Below, piece after piece: positions 8,614 to 17,459 of a stretch of DNA of 60,120 bases (position 1 is its first letter; every line of letters begins with the position of its first letter). Made by a program: the position numbers and the translations under genes. Origin of the DNA: Poseidonia sp. (GTDB lineage: Archaea > Thermoplasmatota > Poseidoniia > Poseidoniales > Poseidoniaceae). The notes beneath the pieces were generated by a model that saw nothing but the letters and a program-made list of their open reading frames with translations, was not told the DNA's origin and made no database searches. Location of the stretch: contig JAURDW010000003.1 of assembly GCA_030827745.1 (NCBI GenBank), positions 1 to 60,120 on the forward strand. The letters run 5' to 3'.

Positions 8614-10008
8614 ATGTCCGACCCTTTGGCCGAAGCCATCGGCCTGGTCGGCTATGCAACACAAACTCTCGGCGTGGGTGGCATCATCAAAGCACGAGTC
8701 ACCGATTTTCGAGTTGAAGAAATCGCAACACCGGTTCACCTTGACAACCGTGGACGATTCACCGTCGCCAAGGTAACCTTGACGAACTGGGAAACCAATC
8801 GCTTTTGCAATCAACTCGCCGCCAAACTTCGTATCCCACGAAACCGCATCTTCTTCGCAGGAACCAAGGACAAGCGTGCCGTTACCTCCCAACTCTTCGT
8901 CATCGATGCCCCGATGAACAAAGTCGCAGACGTTGAGCTCCCCGATGTAGAAATTGAGGTCCTTGGACGTACGCACCAAAAAATCGGATTTGGAAACCAC
9001 CGCGGAAACCGATTCACCATCGTCGTCAGAGGTTGCTGCGACGCGAATGGTCAGCCACTTTCCGACGCCGAAGCCCTCGAAGAGGTTGAACGCATCAAAG
9101 CCGCTATGGAAACCTCGCTCGGCGCCAACCGATTCCCAAATTGGATTGGCCCTCAACGCTTCGGCTCAGGTCGCCCTGTTACACCGTATGTTGGCCGTGA
9201 AGTGGTCCGAGGAGATTTCGAAGCGGCCGTGATGACCTACCTGAGTTTGGAGGGCGAGAACGAAGAAGAGGAGGCGGCGACCGTTCGCAGAACCATTCGA
9301 GAAAACGGCATCACGGAAGGCATCGTTGAAACGATGCCGCGATGGATGGGGTTTGAACGAAAGATGGTTGAACATTTGCTCGCCCATCCAGAGGACCATG
9401 TCGGTGCTTTTCGCCAGCTGCCCAACAACCTTCAGTTGATGACGGTCCACGCCCTGCAGTCCGTCGTCTTCAACAAATCTCTTCAACGCAGAATTGAGGC
9501 AGGTTTGCCTCTGGCGACGCCCGTAAAAGGCGATGTTGTGGGTCGGATTGATGAAAAAGGACAGTTGGACGTGAACTCTTGCATCGTCGCTGAAACCCGA
9601 ACCCTCCCCCGCATCTCGAGAAATTGTGAACTCGGTCGCTTGATGACAACGGGGCCCCTTCCTGGAAGCGAGATCAGCACCTCACAGGGCGAGCCCGGCG
9701 AAATCGAACAAGCCACGATTGACGCCGAGGGGTTGTCGGACACCACGTGGGAAGTGGAAGCCATCCCTCGCCTCTCCACCAAAGGGACACGACGTGGTTT
9801 GGTTGCTCACTTTGATGAATTCTCGGTGGACACGGTACCCATCGCTGATGCTCGAACCGTGGGCAAACGCTGGGAAGAAGGTCCGCAGGATGGTGATCGC
9901 TGGCATCCCGAGGGGGCGTGTCTCCGGTTCCGGTTTACTCTTGGATCGGGCAGTTACGCCACCGTTCTGTTGCGAGAGTTCATGCAGGGTCCACTTGCCA
10001 AAATGTGA
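8614..10008 (+). CDS. truD: tRNA pseudouridine(13) synthase TruD
   Basis: DFRVEE, FAGTKDKRAVTSQ, GNRFTIVVR, PNWIGPQRFG and FTLGSGSYATVLLRE motifs. Confidence 0.95.
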   Translation: MSDPLAEAIGLVGYATQTLGVGGIIKARVTDFRVEEIATPVHLDNRGRFTVAKVTLTNWETNRFCNQLAAKLRIPRNRIFFAGTKDKRAVTSQLFVIDAPMNKVADVELPDVEIEVLGRTHQKIGFGNHRGNRFTIVVRGCCDANGQPLSDAEALEEVERIKAAMETSLGANRFPNWIGPQRFGSGRPVTPYVGREVVRGDFEAAVMTYLSLEGENEEEEAATVRRTIRENGITEGIVETMPRWMGFERKMVEHLLAHPEDHVGAFRQLPNNLQLMTVHALQSVVFNKSLQRRIEAGLPLATPVKGDVVGRIDEKGQLDVNSCIVAETRTLPRISRNCELGRLMTTGPLPGSEISTSQGEPGEIEQATIDAEGLSDTTWEVEAIPRLSTKGTRRGLVAHFDEFSVDTVPIADARTVGKRWEEGPQDGDRWHPEGACLRFRFTLGSGSYATVLLREFMQGPLAKM

Positions 10009-10107
10009 GCCAACGCCCGGTCGTTTGAAAACCAAACTCGGTTCGAGTTTGCACTCAAGCAGAAGAGTCTGCGCAGGTGCGTCCGCCCGCAAGACCGAAG
10101 GTGAATC

Positions 10108-10380
10108 TCACAGAAGGCCCATGGAGAGGACTTCGATTTCACCAACGCCGTGAATGGCGCTCATCATGGCTTCAAAAGCGTCAGCGAGGCCCTCGCCATC
10201 GTTCATTTTAACATGGACTTGGACGAATTTTAGGCCGAAAGCCAACGGTTTTGTTTCCACCGCCTGAATGTCGTAGTCGTCGTTGCGCAAAGCAGCAATT
10301 TGCTCGGCAATGGCGTCGGTATCGACATCCTCAAGTTCGGAGTTCGGATTCACCTTGTACGTCATGACAACCATACCCAT
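10108..10380 (-). CDS. ef1b: Translation elongation factor 1-beta
   Basis: MGMVVMTYKVNP...ETKPLAFGLK...GVGEIEVLSMGLL. Confidence 0.95.
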   Translation of the reverse strand: MGMVVMTYKVNPNSELEDVDTDAIAEQIAALRNDDYDIQAVETKPLAFGLKFVQVHVKMNDGEGLADAFEAMMSAIHGVGEIEVLSMGLL

Positions 10381-10390
10381 TCAAATCACC

Positions 10391-10558
10391 TCAGGGACCA
10401 ACAAAGCCGCATTCGCTGCACTTGTAGAGGACGCCTTGATTGCGTACTCGTGGACTTCGACCGATTGGTTTGAAGCAACCCGGACAGGGGAACGTGGTTG
10501 AGCCCTCTTGAGCAAGGGGGACGCCGGACGATGTGCAATGGTCTGCTCGTTCACTCAT
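10391..10558 (-). CDS. Small Zn-ribbon protein, DUF1610/HVO_2753 family
   Basis: MSERADHCTSSGVPL...FPCPGC..IGRSPRVRNQGVLYKCSECGFVGP; conserved position upstream of ef1b; start refined to ATG 10558. Confidence 0.85.
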   Translation of the reverse strand: MSERADHCTSSGVPLAQEGSTTFPCPGCFKPIGRSPRVRNQGVLYKCSECGFVGP

Positions 10559-10985
10559 GGGGATGCCTCGTAACGAATCTGCCCATGACCTCCCCTTCTT
10601 TATGGTTGCGTGAGGGCTCATCCCTTCCTTTTGTGTCAAATCGGCTCACGACGGTCAATCGTCCGTGCTTCCCAGTGCTCACGACCAGGGCACCGTCCCG
10701 TGAACGGCACCAACCAGCGTGAAGACGAACGACATCGCCGATCACCACCGATTCAATTTGGTCGCCCCAAAGGACAATCCCAACCAAGCCCGTTTCGTCT
10801 CGACCGCAGGCGGCAGCAACATATCCGGTGTACCTCGGCGAAACGATGAGGCGCTTTGGATAAATTCGAAGCACCACCAACTCGAGGTCCTTCACGGGAG
10901 AGTTTGGTTGAAGGTTCGCGATGCGGTTGGCGGGTGTGGGCCATGAGAGTCCGTGGTTGGGCTGCATGACCGATAACTTCGCCAT
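10551..10985 (-). CDS. Single OB-fold (SSB/RPA-like) nucleic-acid-binding protein
   Basis: IANLQPNSPVKDLELVVL...GRDETGLVGIVLWGDQIESVVIGDVVRLHAGW...STGKHGRL; ATG overlaps the rlmE stop (TGATG). Confidence 0.8.
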   Translation of the reverse strand: MAKLSVMQPNHGLSWPTPANRIANLQPNSPVKDLELVVLRIYPKRLIVSPRYTGYVAAACGRDETGLVGIVLWGDQIESVVIGDVVRLHAGWCRSRDGALVVSTGKHGRLTVVSRFDTKGRDEPSRNHKEGEVMGRFVTRHPHE

Positions 10986-11740
10986 CAACGCTCTTCAATG
11001 TCTTCCTTGGTTTTCTTCTTCAACACCTTGAACGAGGACGCAACGGGTTCGGGTTCATCGGCGATTTCACTCCCCCCCAACACGACATCAAGTTCGGCTT
11101 CAAACCGCTGCCGCAAACTGGTCTTCGGGGCTTTCCATGGTGTGTGATGTTTGCAAACCAAATAGACCTCTGATGATGAGTTTCGCGATGCATCGGGAGA
11201 AAAGCGGCGCACGCTTGAAAAGTGCGGTCGCACCGCTCGTATCAGTTCTTCAACACCGACACCCTGAAACAATTTTGTCGTAAAACCGCCCCCTTTCTTC
11301 AGCAAGGGGAGCGAAAAATCCATCACATCGGCCACCAAAGTCAATGCCACGGATTGGTCCATGTCCCATTTCCCAGTGATATGAGGCGAAATATCGGATA
11401 CGATGACGTTCAACAATTCACCTTCGAGTTCGCCAAGAATGCGCTCTTGGGTCATGGGGTCCGTGATGTCGCCGGTCAACAAGACCGCTCCTTCCACCGG
11501 CGCACAAGGCTCCAAGTCAACGCCAACGACTTTCCCCTTCTCACCGACCAGTTCAACGGCGACCTGTGCCCATCCACCCGGGTGACACCCCACGTCCAGA
11601 ACAAAGTCACCCTCTCGAACAAGTTGGAACCGCTCCTGAATTTGTTTTAATTTGAAAGCCGAGCGGGCACGGTACCCGCTCGCTTTTGCTTGCCGTCGCC
11701 AAGAATCGCGTTTGTGATTCTCTACCCAATGGTCAGCCAC
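10985..11740 (-). CDS. rlmE: 23S rRNA (uridine-2'-O)-methyltransferase RlmE/FtsJ
   Basis: GYRARSAFKLKQI, VLDVGCHPGGWAQ, VIVSDISP, KLFQG, SRNSSSEVY; GTG start at 11740 preferred over the 11932 extension. Confidence 0.93.
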   Translation of the reverse strand: MADHWVENHKRDSWRRQAKASGYRARSAFKLKQIQERFQLVREGDFVLDVGCHPGGWAQVAVELVGEKGKVVGVDLEPCAPVEGAVLLTGDITDPMTQERILGELEGELLNVIVSDISPHITGKWDMDQSVALTLVADVMDFSLPLLKKGGGFTTKLFQGVGVEELIRAVRPHFSSVRRFSPDASRNSSSEVYLVCKHHTPWKAPKTSLRQRFEAELDVVLGGSEIADEPEPVASSFKVLKKKTKEDIEER

Positions 11741-11854
11741 GGCGAGGTCTCCGTTGACCCCTGCTGACCTCGCCCTCATGAATCCTTTTCCCGCATGAAA
11801 GGAAAAGCAAGCAATCAAGGACTCCGATGGCTTGGCCGGTGTGTGAGCAAGAAC

Positions 11855-12793
11855 ATGGTGTATGTTCATCGCAGTAGAAACGCCATGGCCATGGCCTTGC
11901 TCGTGATCCTCGTCACATGCATGCCCAGCCAAGGCATCGTGGTGAGCACGGACACCCCGCTTGACAGCCCGGTTGCAAGTGAAGTTGGGGGCCGAACCGT
12001 CCTCGTCCAGGAGTTAACCGCCACGTGGTGCCCATCGTGCGCTGAAATCGACCCTGAACTCGTCCAGGTCGCCGACAGCCACGGGTCAAGAATTGCCCTC
12101 ATCGCCCTTCATCCAACCGACGGGGTCGATGCCTTTGAGCCACCTGCCGCCCTTCATCGCATGGAACGGTTGAACATCACGCACGCCAGTGCGATTGGCT
12201 CTACACCCACGTTTGTGGTGGAGGACAGACCTCCGCGCGTGGGCTACGAAGCTTGGGGTGAGGTCCAACGGGACATCCTCGACGCCGAAGTCCAACGTCA
12301 AGCGGTCTCGGAACTTGGTTTTGAGGTGGTTGAAACAAAAGAAGGGCTTGAAGCAAAGGTGGTTCACGCTCTTCCCGTTTCTCGGGCAGACACCCAACTT
12401 ACATTTTTGTTTCTCGAGCATCAAAAACCCATGCCGGAAGGAAGCATAAACCCCGGGGAAACAACCCGGGATCGTGTTGTTGTGGGCGTCGCCTCGTGTG
12501 ACCTCGCATCCAACACCGTGAGTGAACAACACGGCACCCTCACCGCAAGCGTGGATTCGGGGTGCACCGAAGATTTCGCTGCAGTTTTTCCAACGACCAA
12601 GGCTTGGAGCATCCTGTTGATTCACGAACACACCGAAGCGGCCTTGGAAAACGGTTCAGGTGCCGAATCTCTCGGGGTGGTGGAACTCGCCTACAGGGAC
12701 CGTGCGGAGGCAAGCAGCGAGGGAGGGCTTTCTTTGGTCTTGATTGGTGGCGTCGCCATGCTCGCCTTGGCTGCAATCGTTCCGAAAAAGTAA
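11855..12793 (+). CDS. Exported thioredoxin-fold (CPSC) protein with C-terminal membrane anchor
   Basis: Signal-like AMALLVILVTC; VQELTATWCPSC; STPTFVV cis-Pro loop; C-terminal TM followed by PKK. Confidence 0.75.
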   Translation: MVYVHRSRNAMAMALLVILVTCMPSQGIVVSTDTPLDSPVASEVGGRTVLVQELTATWCPSCAEIDPELVQVADSHGSRIALIALHPTDGVDAFEPPAALHRMERLNITHASAIGSTPTFVVEDRPPRVGYEAWGEVQRDILDAEVQRQAVSELGFEVVETKEGLEAKVVHALPVSRADTQLTFLFLEHQKPMPEGSINPGETTRDRVVVGVASCDLASNTVSEQHGTLTASVDSGCTEDFAAVFPTTKAWSILLIHEHTEAALENGSGAESLGVVELAYRDRAEASSEGGLSLVLIGGVAMLALAAIVPKK

Positions 12794-12909
12794 CTTTTCT
12801 TTGAAATCTTTTCACATGAGCGTAAGAAACCAGTATTTTTCCCCGTTATCCGGTAAAGAGCCTCACGGGAAGACCAAGGTTTGATAAATGGCCAAGCCAA
12901 TGTAACACC

Positions 12910-13179
12910 ATGACAAACACATGGGAAGACGTGGCATGGGAAGATTCTGCACCCGCAAAAGAATGGGTGGTTGAATACATCGCCAAAGTTGAATCCGACG
13001 CCACCCATCACCTTTCGGTGTTGCTGGGAACGGACATGGAGGACGTTCAACGCAGCCTGATGAGAGAACTGAGAGCAACGTACCACACGGCCGCTGAAAT
13101 TGAGGTGACCGTGCTGCGAATGGAAGAGATTGAAAAAGAGCCCAATGCCGCTTTGTTCGCAGGAGCCTTTACGCCTTGA
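12910..13179 (+). CDS. Small acidic hypothetical protein
   Basis: 89-aa ORF filling a gap; TTGATAAAT TATA-like element about 25 nt upstream (leaderless spacing). Confidence 0.65.
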   Translation: MTNTWEDVAWEDSAPAKEWVVEYIAKVESDATHHLSVLLGTDMEDVQRSLMRELRATYHTAAEIEVTVLRMEEIEKEPNAALFAGAFTP

Positions 13180-13734
13180 TCAAGCGATTTCTCGGAACAC
13201 CAGTTCAATGTACTGCTTGTCTTCAAGGACAAGGTTCTCGAAATCGTCAACTTGCTCCCGAGTGTTTGGGTCAACCACGACGTTTCCTTGATCGTCGTAG
13301 TCGTAGGTGTTGAGGAACATCAGAAACTCGTGGTTGTCGTCCACGCGGTGTTCGTCAAAGCCCGTGGCGTCCATGTGTTTGCCCCAGGTGTCAAAGAAGG
13401 CTTCAAGCGGGGCTTCAATTCCCTTCTCTTGGAGTTCAACGTGAATTTTACCAGAGGGATCGTGTGTGTGGACCGGTCGCATGCTGCACCCCGGGTCATT
13501 CAAACCCACGTTTCCAGGAATCTCAACATCTTCCCCGAGCACCGAAATGGTCAGGATGGGATGAAAGTGCTCAACGATGGCACTGCTGTGGCCGCCGATG
13601 CACTCGTCAGCCAGCGCATGTCGCTCATCAGCGGTTGAAAAGAGCGGCCCCCCGTCGCTTTGCCCCAACAAGATGCCGAGGGTTGACAGGGCTGCGAGCG
13701 TCACGATGAGCCAGAAAAGCGTCTCCTTATTCAT
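13180..13734 (-). CDS. N-anchored exported protein with HxHP...HTHD..GxIHvE His-rich (putative metal-binding) motif
   Basis: N-terminal TM; EHFHP and PVHTHDPSGKIHVE; two Cys. Confidence 0.75.
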   Translation of the reverse strand: MNKETLFWLIVTLAALSTLGILLGQSDGGPLFSTADERHALADECIGGHSSAIVEHFHPILTISVLGEDVEIPGNVGLNDPGCSMRPVHTHDPSGKIHVELQEKGIEAPLEAFFDTWGKHMDATGFDEHRVDDNHEFLMFLNTYDYDDQGNVVVDPNTREQVDDFENLVLEDKQYIELVFREIA

Positions 13735-13740
13735 CCTGAA

Positions 13741-14361
13741 TCACTCCTTGCTTTCTGATTCAACGACGGCCTCATCGTTCCACTGACCACGGTCGTGCAT
13801 CTGCCCGGCCTTCCAGAAACCAAAGAGAGCCACGACGTTCGAGATGTGGGCCATCGTGCAGAACTGACAGATTTTTCCCATTTGAATCTCGTACGAAACC
13901 AACAAGGCGATAACGGCGAGACCCGCCCCGGTCATGTACATGCCGTATTTGAGATAACGTTCTGCCCAGAGCGCATCCGGTTCCTTGTTGACCGAGTTTG
14001 TGATGAATAAAATCGCACCAAAGGCAACCATCCCAATCAGACCCCAAGAGAGGCCAAAGACTGGGTCGGTGTTGTAGGCAGCGTTGCCCAAAACGTCATC
14101 GCAAGAAAACACCGTCGCTGAGGAACACACATTGCCGCCTTCGCTGATTTTATTGGTGATCCAGAGCGTGTGCACCGAGACGATAAAGCCCGTGATAGCA
14201 ACGAGGTTCATCCCGAGCATGTGTCGTCGTCGAGCATGGACCATGAGTGGGTTGCGCGAAACGAGCAGGTTGCCGAACAGGGAGGCCCCCGTCGGTGTCA
14301 TGAGCAAGAGGCCAACGACGACGGGAACAATGTAAGCGATGAGGATGAAGTTTTGTTCCAT
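13741..14361 (-). CDS. Vitamin K epoxide reductase (VKOR) family disulfide-bond formation protein
   Basis: Loop Cys pair CSSATVFSCDDV and TM CQFC motif, multiple TMs; GGAGGAGG SD upstream of ATG 14361 (alternative GTG 14367). Confidence 0.9.
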   Translation of the reverse strand: MEQNFILIAYIVPVVVGLLLMTPTGASLFGNLLVSRNPLMVHARRRHMLGMNLVAITGFIVSVHTLWITNKISEGGNVCSSATVFSCDDVLGNAAYNTDPVFGLSWGLIGMVAFGAILFITNSVNKEPDALWAERYLKYGMYMTGAGLAVIALLVSYEIQMGKICQFCTMAHISNVVALFGFWKAGQMHDRGQWNDEAVVESESKE

Positions 14362-14363
14362 CT

Positions 14364-15050
14364 TCACTCCTCCTCCAAGGTCAGCCTGAAGATGGCATCC
14401 CGGACCTCTTCGTTCGAGTTTTCAGAGGAACTCCAAGCGACAATACCGTCCGGCTGAACCAAGTAGTAGGCTGGGGTTCCGGGAACTTTCCATGCCTTCA
14501 TGTTGTCTTGGTCGATGTCGTCGATGTAAACAAAGGCGTGAGCCCCTCCTTGCCTGGTGGCACAGGCTGAGCCACCGCATTCTTGGTCGCCGGTTTTGTC
14601 CCGAAAGCCAACAATCTCCTCGCGGCTCGTCTCGTGGTTCGGAATATCGAGTTGTGTTGCACTGGCGATGAAATTCACCGTGGGTCCTTTCCAAGCAGGC
14701 GTGCCATCGTTGTCTTTATCGATTTTCATAAAATAGTTCGAGTTTTGAGCCACCTCACCTGCTGCACGAAGACAAAACGTACAGTCCGTGTCCATGAACT
14801 CAACGAGCATCCATTCTCCAGAGGGGTCGCCCTTGGTCCAATTCGTGATGAAATAATCCGACATTTCAAATGACGTCCACCCGCTTCCGTTGTAGGCCAT
14901 TCCCTCCAGATTTGGAGCACGCTCGCCGGCCTTCGTTCCGGTGGCGATGGGGTCGGTGGTAAAGGCGAGGAACATGATGGCAGCGAAGAAGAGCGCCAAA
15001 ATTTTGATTCCAGTGTCGGTTCGTACATCCGCTTCAAGGTCGTGTTTCAT
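14364..15050 (-). CDS. Membrane-anchored thioredoxin-like/redoxin (TlpA/ResA-like) protein
   Basis: N-terminal TM; GERAPNL; EFMDTDCTFC; VPGTPAYYLVQPDGIV. Confidence 0.85.
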   Translation of the reverse strand: MKHDLEADVRTDTGIKILALFFAAIMFLAFTTDPIATGTKAGERAPNLEGMAYNGSGWTSFEMSDYFITNWTKGDPSGEWMLVEFMDTDCTFCLRAAGEVAQNSNYFMKIDKDNDGTPAWKGPTVNFIASATQLDIPNHETSREEIVGFRDKTGDQECGGSACATRQGGAHAFVYIDDIDQDNMKAWKVPGTPAYYLVQPDGIVAWSSSENSNEEVRDAIFRLTLEEE

Positions 15051-16006
15051 GGTTCATCCTCCAGTCCAATTTCTTCGAGCAGGCAGGTTGCTGTATGACG
15101 TATGGCATCCTCGCTGTTCATGCGAACATCAAAGCCACTGCGGACCATGTTGTCAATCGCCAGGCGAGCTCGTGGAATGTCGCCAGCCCAGCCTCGGTCA
15201 CCGCCGGTGTACTCGATGCGGGCATCGGAGCAACCGGTGACCTCGACCACGATTTCGGCGATTCGACGAACGGAAGCGGTGTCGTGGCTCCCGAGATTGA
15301 AAAGGTTCAGCGGTTCGTCGGTGTTGGCCATCACGTGGAGGATGCCGTCGACGCAATCGCCAACCTCCATGTAGGATTTTTCTTGCATGCCGTTGCCGAG
15401 CACCTCGAGGCGGGTTGGGTCCTTCCTGAGTTTGTGAATGAAGTCAAAGATGACACCATGGGTCCCCCGAGCACCGACAACGTTGGCAAAACGGAAAATC
15501 CACGCCTGAAGGCCGAAGGTCCCCACCCAACTGCTGATGAGGCCCTCGCCGGCTTGTTTTGAGGCACCGTAAAGGGAGATGGGAAGGCAGGGGCCGTGAT
15601 CTTCAGGCGTTGGCATGGGTGCGTTTTCTCCGTACACCACAGAACTTGACGCGAACGCAATTTTTTTGACGCCCGCAAGACGCATGGCTTCCACCACGTT
15701 ATAGGTGGCAACGGTCCCTTGCTTGAGGTCAGTGTCCGTGATACGGGTTCCCAAACGGATATCTGGGTTGGCAGCGAGGTGAAACACACAGTCAATGTCC
15801 ATAGCCATGGCTTTTTTGACATCGTCCATGGAACAGATGTCGCCGTTGACAAGGTGAGCATCGCCCCGCTCCAAGTGACCCTGGATGAAGGAAAGGTCGC
15901 CGCTGGAGAGGTTGTCCAAAACAACGACGTTGTCGCCACGGGCAACCAACCGGTCAATCAAGTGGGAGCCTATGAAACCCGCACCACCCGTAACCAAGGC
16001 TCGCAT
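15047..16006 (-). CDS. NAD-dependent epimerase/dehydratase (UDP-sugar 4-epimerase-like)
   Basis: MRALVTGGAGFIGSHL, ASSSVVYG, YGASK, RFANVVG. Confidence 0.93.
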   Translation of the reverse strand: MRALVTGGAGFIGSHLIDRLVARGDNVVVLDNLSSGDLSFIQGHLERGDAHLVNGDICSMDDVKKAMAMDIDCVFHLAANPDIRLGTRITDTDLKQGTVATYNVVEAMRLAGVKKIAFASSSVVYGENAPMPTPEDHGPCLPISLYGASKQAGEGLISSWVGTFGLQAWIFRFANVVGARGTHGVIFDFIHKLRKDPTRLEVLGNGMQEKSYMEVGDCVDGILHVMANTDEPLNLFNLGSHDTASVRRIAEIVVEVTGCSDARIEYTGGDRGWAGDIPRARLAIDNMVRSGFDVRMNSEDAIRHTATCLLEEIGLEDEP

Positions 16007-16131
16007 TGAAATGACCAACGGCCGCATTCGTATAAGGTAAATGGTTCACGAACTCGTACTGGGGAGGGCTTGATAACCGTTAGCGCTCTCCTTCCGGGTC
16101 CTGAGGAACAAACCTTGGGGGAGGTGAATGA

Positions 16132-16380
16132 ATGAAGAAATCGAAGACCGAAACACAAACCGAAGTGCAAGACAACAACATCCTGGTGGGTTATGTTCGC
16201 CGCAGCAATGCCGGTGGAGCGCTCAAGCTCTCCATCAACACAGCAGCCTTTGCTGACTGCAGCACGTACATGACCAGCGACGGCCAAGCCTACGTGCCGT
16301 TGGTGATCTCGATGGGGGCGCTTGAAAAAGTGCTTTCCGGAGAGCGAGCCGTGACCACCGTGACGCAGTTGCACGACTGA
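16132..16380 (+). CDS. Small beta-rich hypothetical protein
   Basis: 82 aa; strong GGAGGTGA Shine-Dalgarno; own TTGATAA promoter-like element near 16070. Confidence 0.8.
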   Translation: MKKSKTETQTEVQDNNILVGYVRRSNAGGALKLSINTAAFADCSTYMTSDGQAYVPLVISMGALEKVLSGERAVTTVTQLHD

Positions 16381-16522
16381 AGCCTTTGTCAGGCAGACGG
16401 CCCATCCTTCTCACCGAGAAGTACAACGCCCTCGTGGTGGCCACGGCCAACACGAAGGCCATTCCTTGTTTGGCCCTCCCTTTTTCAAAAGCCCATATAT
16501 AGAACATAGCGAACGGCAATTT

Positions 16523-17458
16523 GTGTCACAAGGCACCGAGCCTTCAAAACCGTACATCGTCGCAGGTATGCCGATGTACAACGAAGAGGAGACCATTGGC
16601 TCGGTGGTTCTTCGCACCCTCCGCCACGTTGATGCAGTTCTCTGCATCGATGACGGTTCCTCCGATTCCAGTGCCCGCATCGCTGAAGCCTGCGGTGCGA
16701 CCGTTATCCGCCATCGCGTGAACAGAGGCTATGGTGGCGCCCTCAAAACGCTCTTCCTGAAAGCTTCCGAAATGGACGCTGACGCCTTGGTCCTCCTCGA
16801 TTCGGACGGTCAACACGACACGGAAGACATACCCTCCATGCTGGAACCTATTCTTTCAGGAGAAGCCGATTTCACCATTGGTTCGCGCTTTGTTGACGGC
16901 GGGGGAGGCACCGACATGCCCGCCTACCGAAGGCTGGGAATCAAAGTCATCACCGCAGCCTCCAACCTCTCAAGTGACCTCGGCATCAAGGACACGCAAT
17001 CTGGCTTCCGCGCCTTCTCGAGAACCGCCCTTCAACGCCTTCGCTTCGATTCTGAAGGCATGGAGTTGTCGCTTGAGATGCTCGAGGATGCTCATGAAAA
17101 ACAACTCCGGGTCAGAGAGGTGCCGACCATCATTCGTTACGACGTTCCCAAGGGCTCCAATTTTACCGCCGTATCCCATGGGTTCACGGTGATGACCTGG
17201 GCCATGCTTTCTCTTTCCCAGAAGAAGCCGCTCCTGGTCCTTGGGATTCCCGGTTTCGGACTCCTCGCCACCAGCGCCGCCATGGGCATGCGGACTGCTC
17301 AAGAGTTCACCCTTCAAATCGACAGCATCATCGGCCACGGCATTTCTGCTGTATGGATTGGATTGCTTGGTCTTTCCCTGATGGCGACAGGCTTGGTTTT
17401 GCAAAGCGCACAGCGATTTTTGCGCCTGCTGTTGGTCCGAGAGTTCGGATTGGACTGA
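16523..17458 (+). CDS. GT2 glycosyltransferase (polyprenol-phosphate glycosyltransferase-like) with C-terminal TMs
   Basis: MPMYNEE, IDDGSSD, NRGYGGA, LLDSDGQH, DTQSGFRAF; GTG start about 25 nt after CATATATAG. Confidence 0.92.
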   Translation: MSQGTEPSKPYIVAGMPMYNEEETIGSVVLRTLRHVDAVLCIDDGSSDSSARIAEACGATVIRHRVNRGYGGALKTLFLKASEMDADALVLLDSDGQHDTEDIPSMLEPILSGEADFTIGSRFVDGGGGTDMPAYRRLGIKVITAASNLSSDLGIKDTQSGFRAFSRTALQRLRFDSEGMELSLEMLEDAHEKQLRVREVPTIIRYDVPKGSNFTAVSHGFTVMTWAMLSLSQKKPLLVLGIPGFGLLATSAAMGMRTAQEFTLQIDSIIGHGISAVWIGLLGLSLMATGLVLQSAQRFLRLLLVREFGLD

Positions 17459-17459
17459 A

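Noticed and set aside
10033-10072. Hairpins with a GGTTCGAG T-loop-like motif between truD and ef1b, considered as a tRNA remnant
   Set aside because: No acceptor, D or anticodon arms; better explained as terminator hairpins between convergent genes
11741-11932. His-rich N-terminal extension of RlmE
   Set aside because: It runs antisense into the thioredoxin-fold gene; GTG at 11740 gives a normal-length RlmE
16235-16519. Minus-strand ORF with a hydrophobic stretch and a nearby TATA
   Set aside because: It overlaps the well-supported 16132-16380 gene by about 145 nt, and the TATA is explained by the GT2 gene
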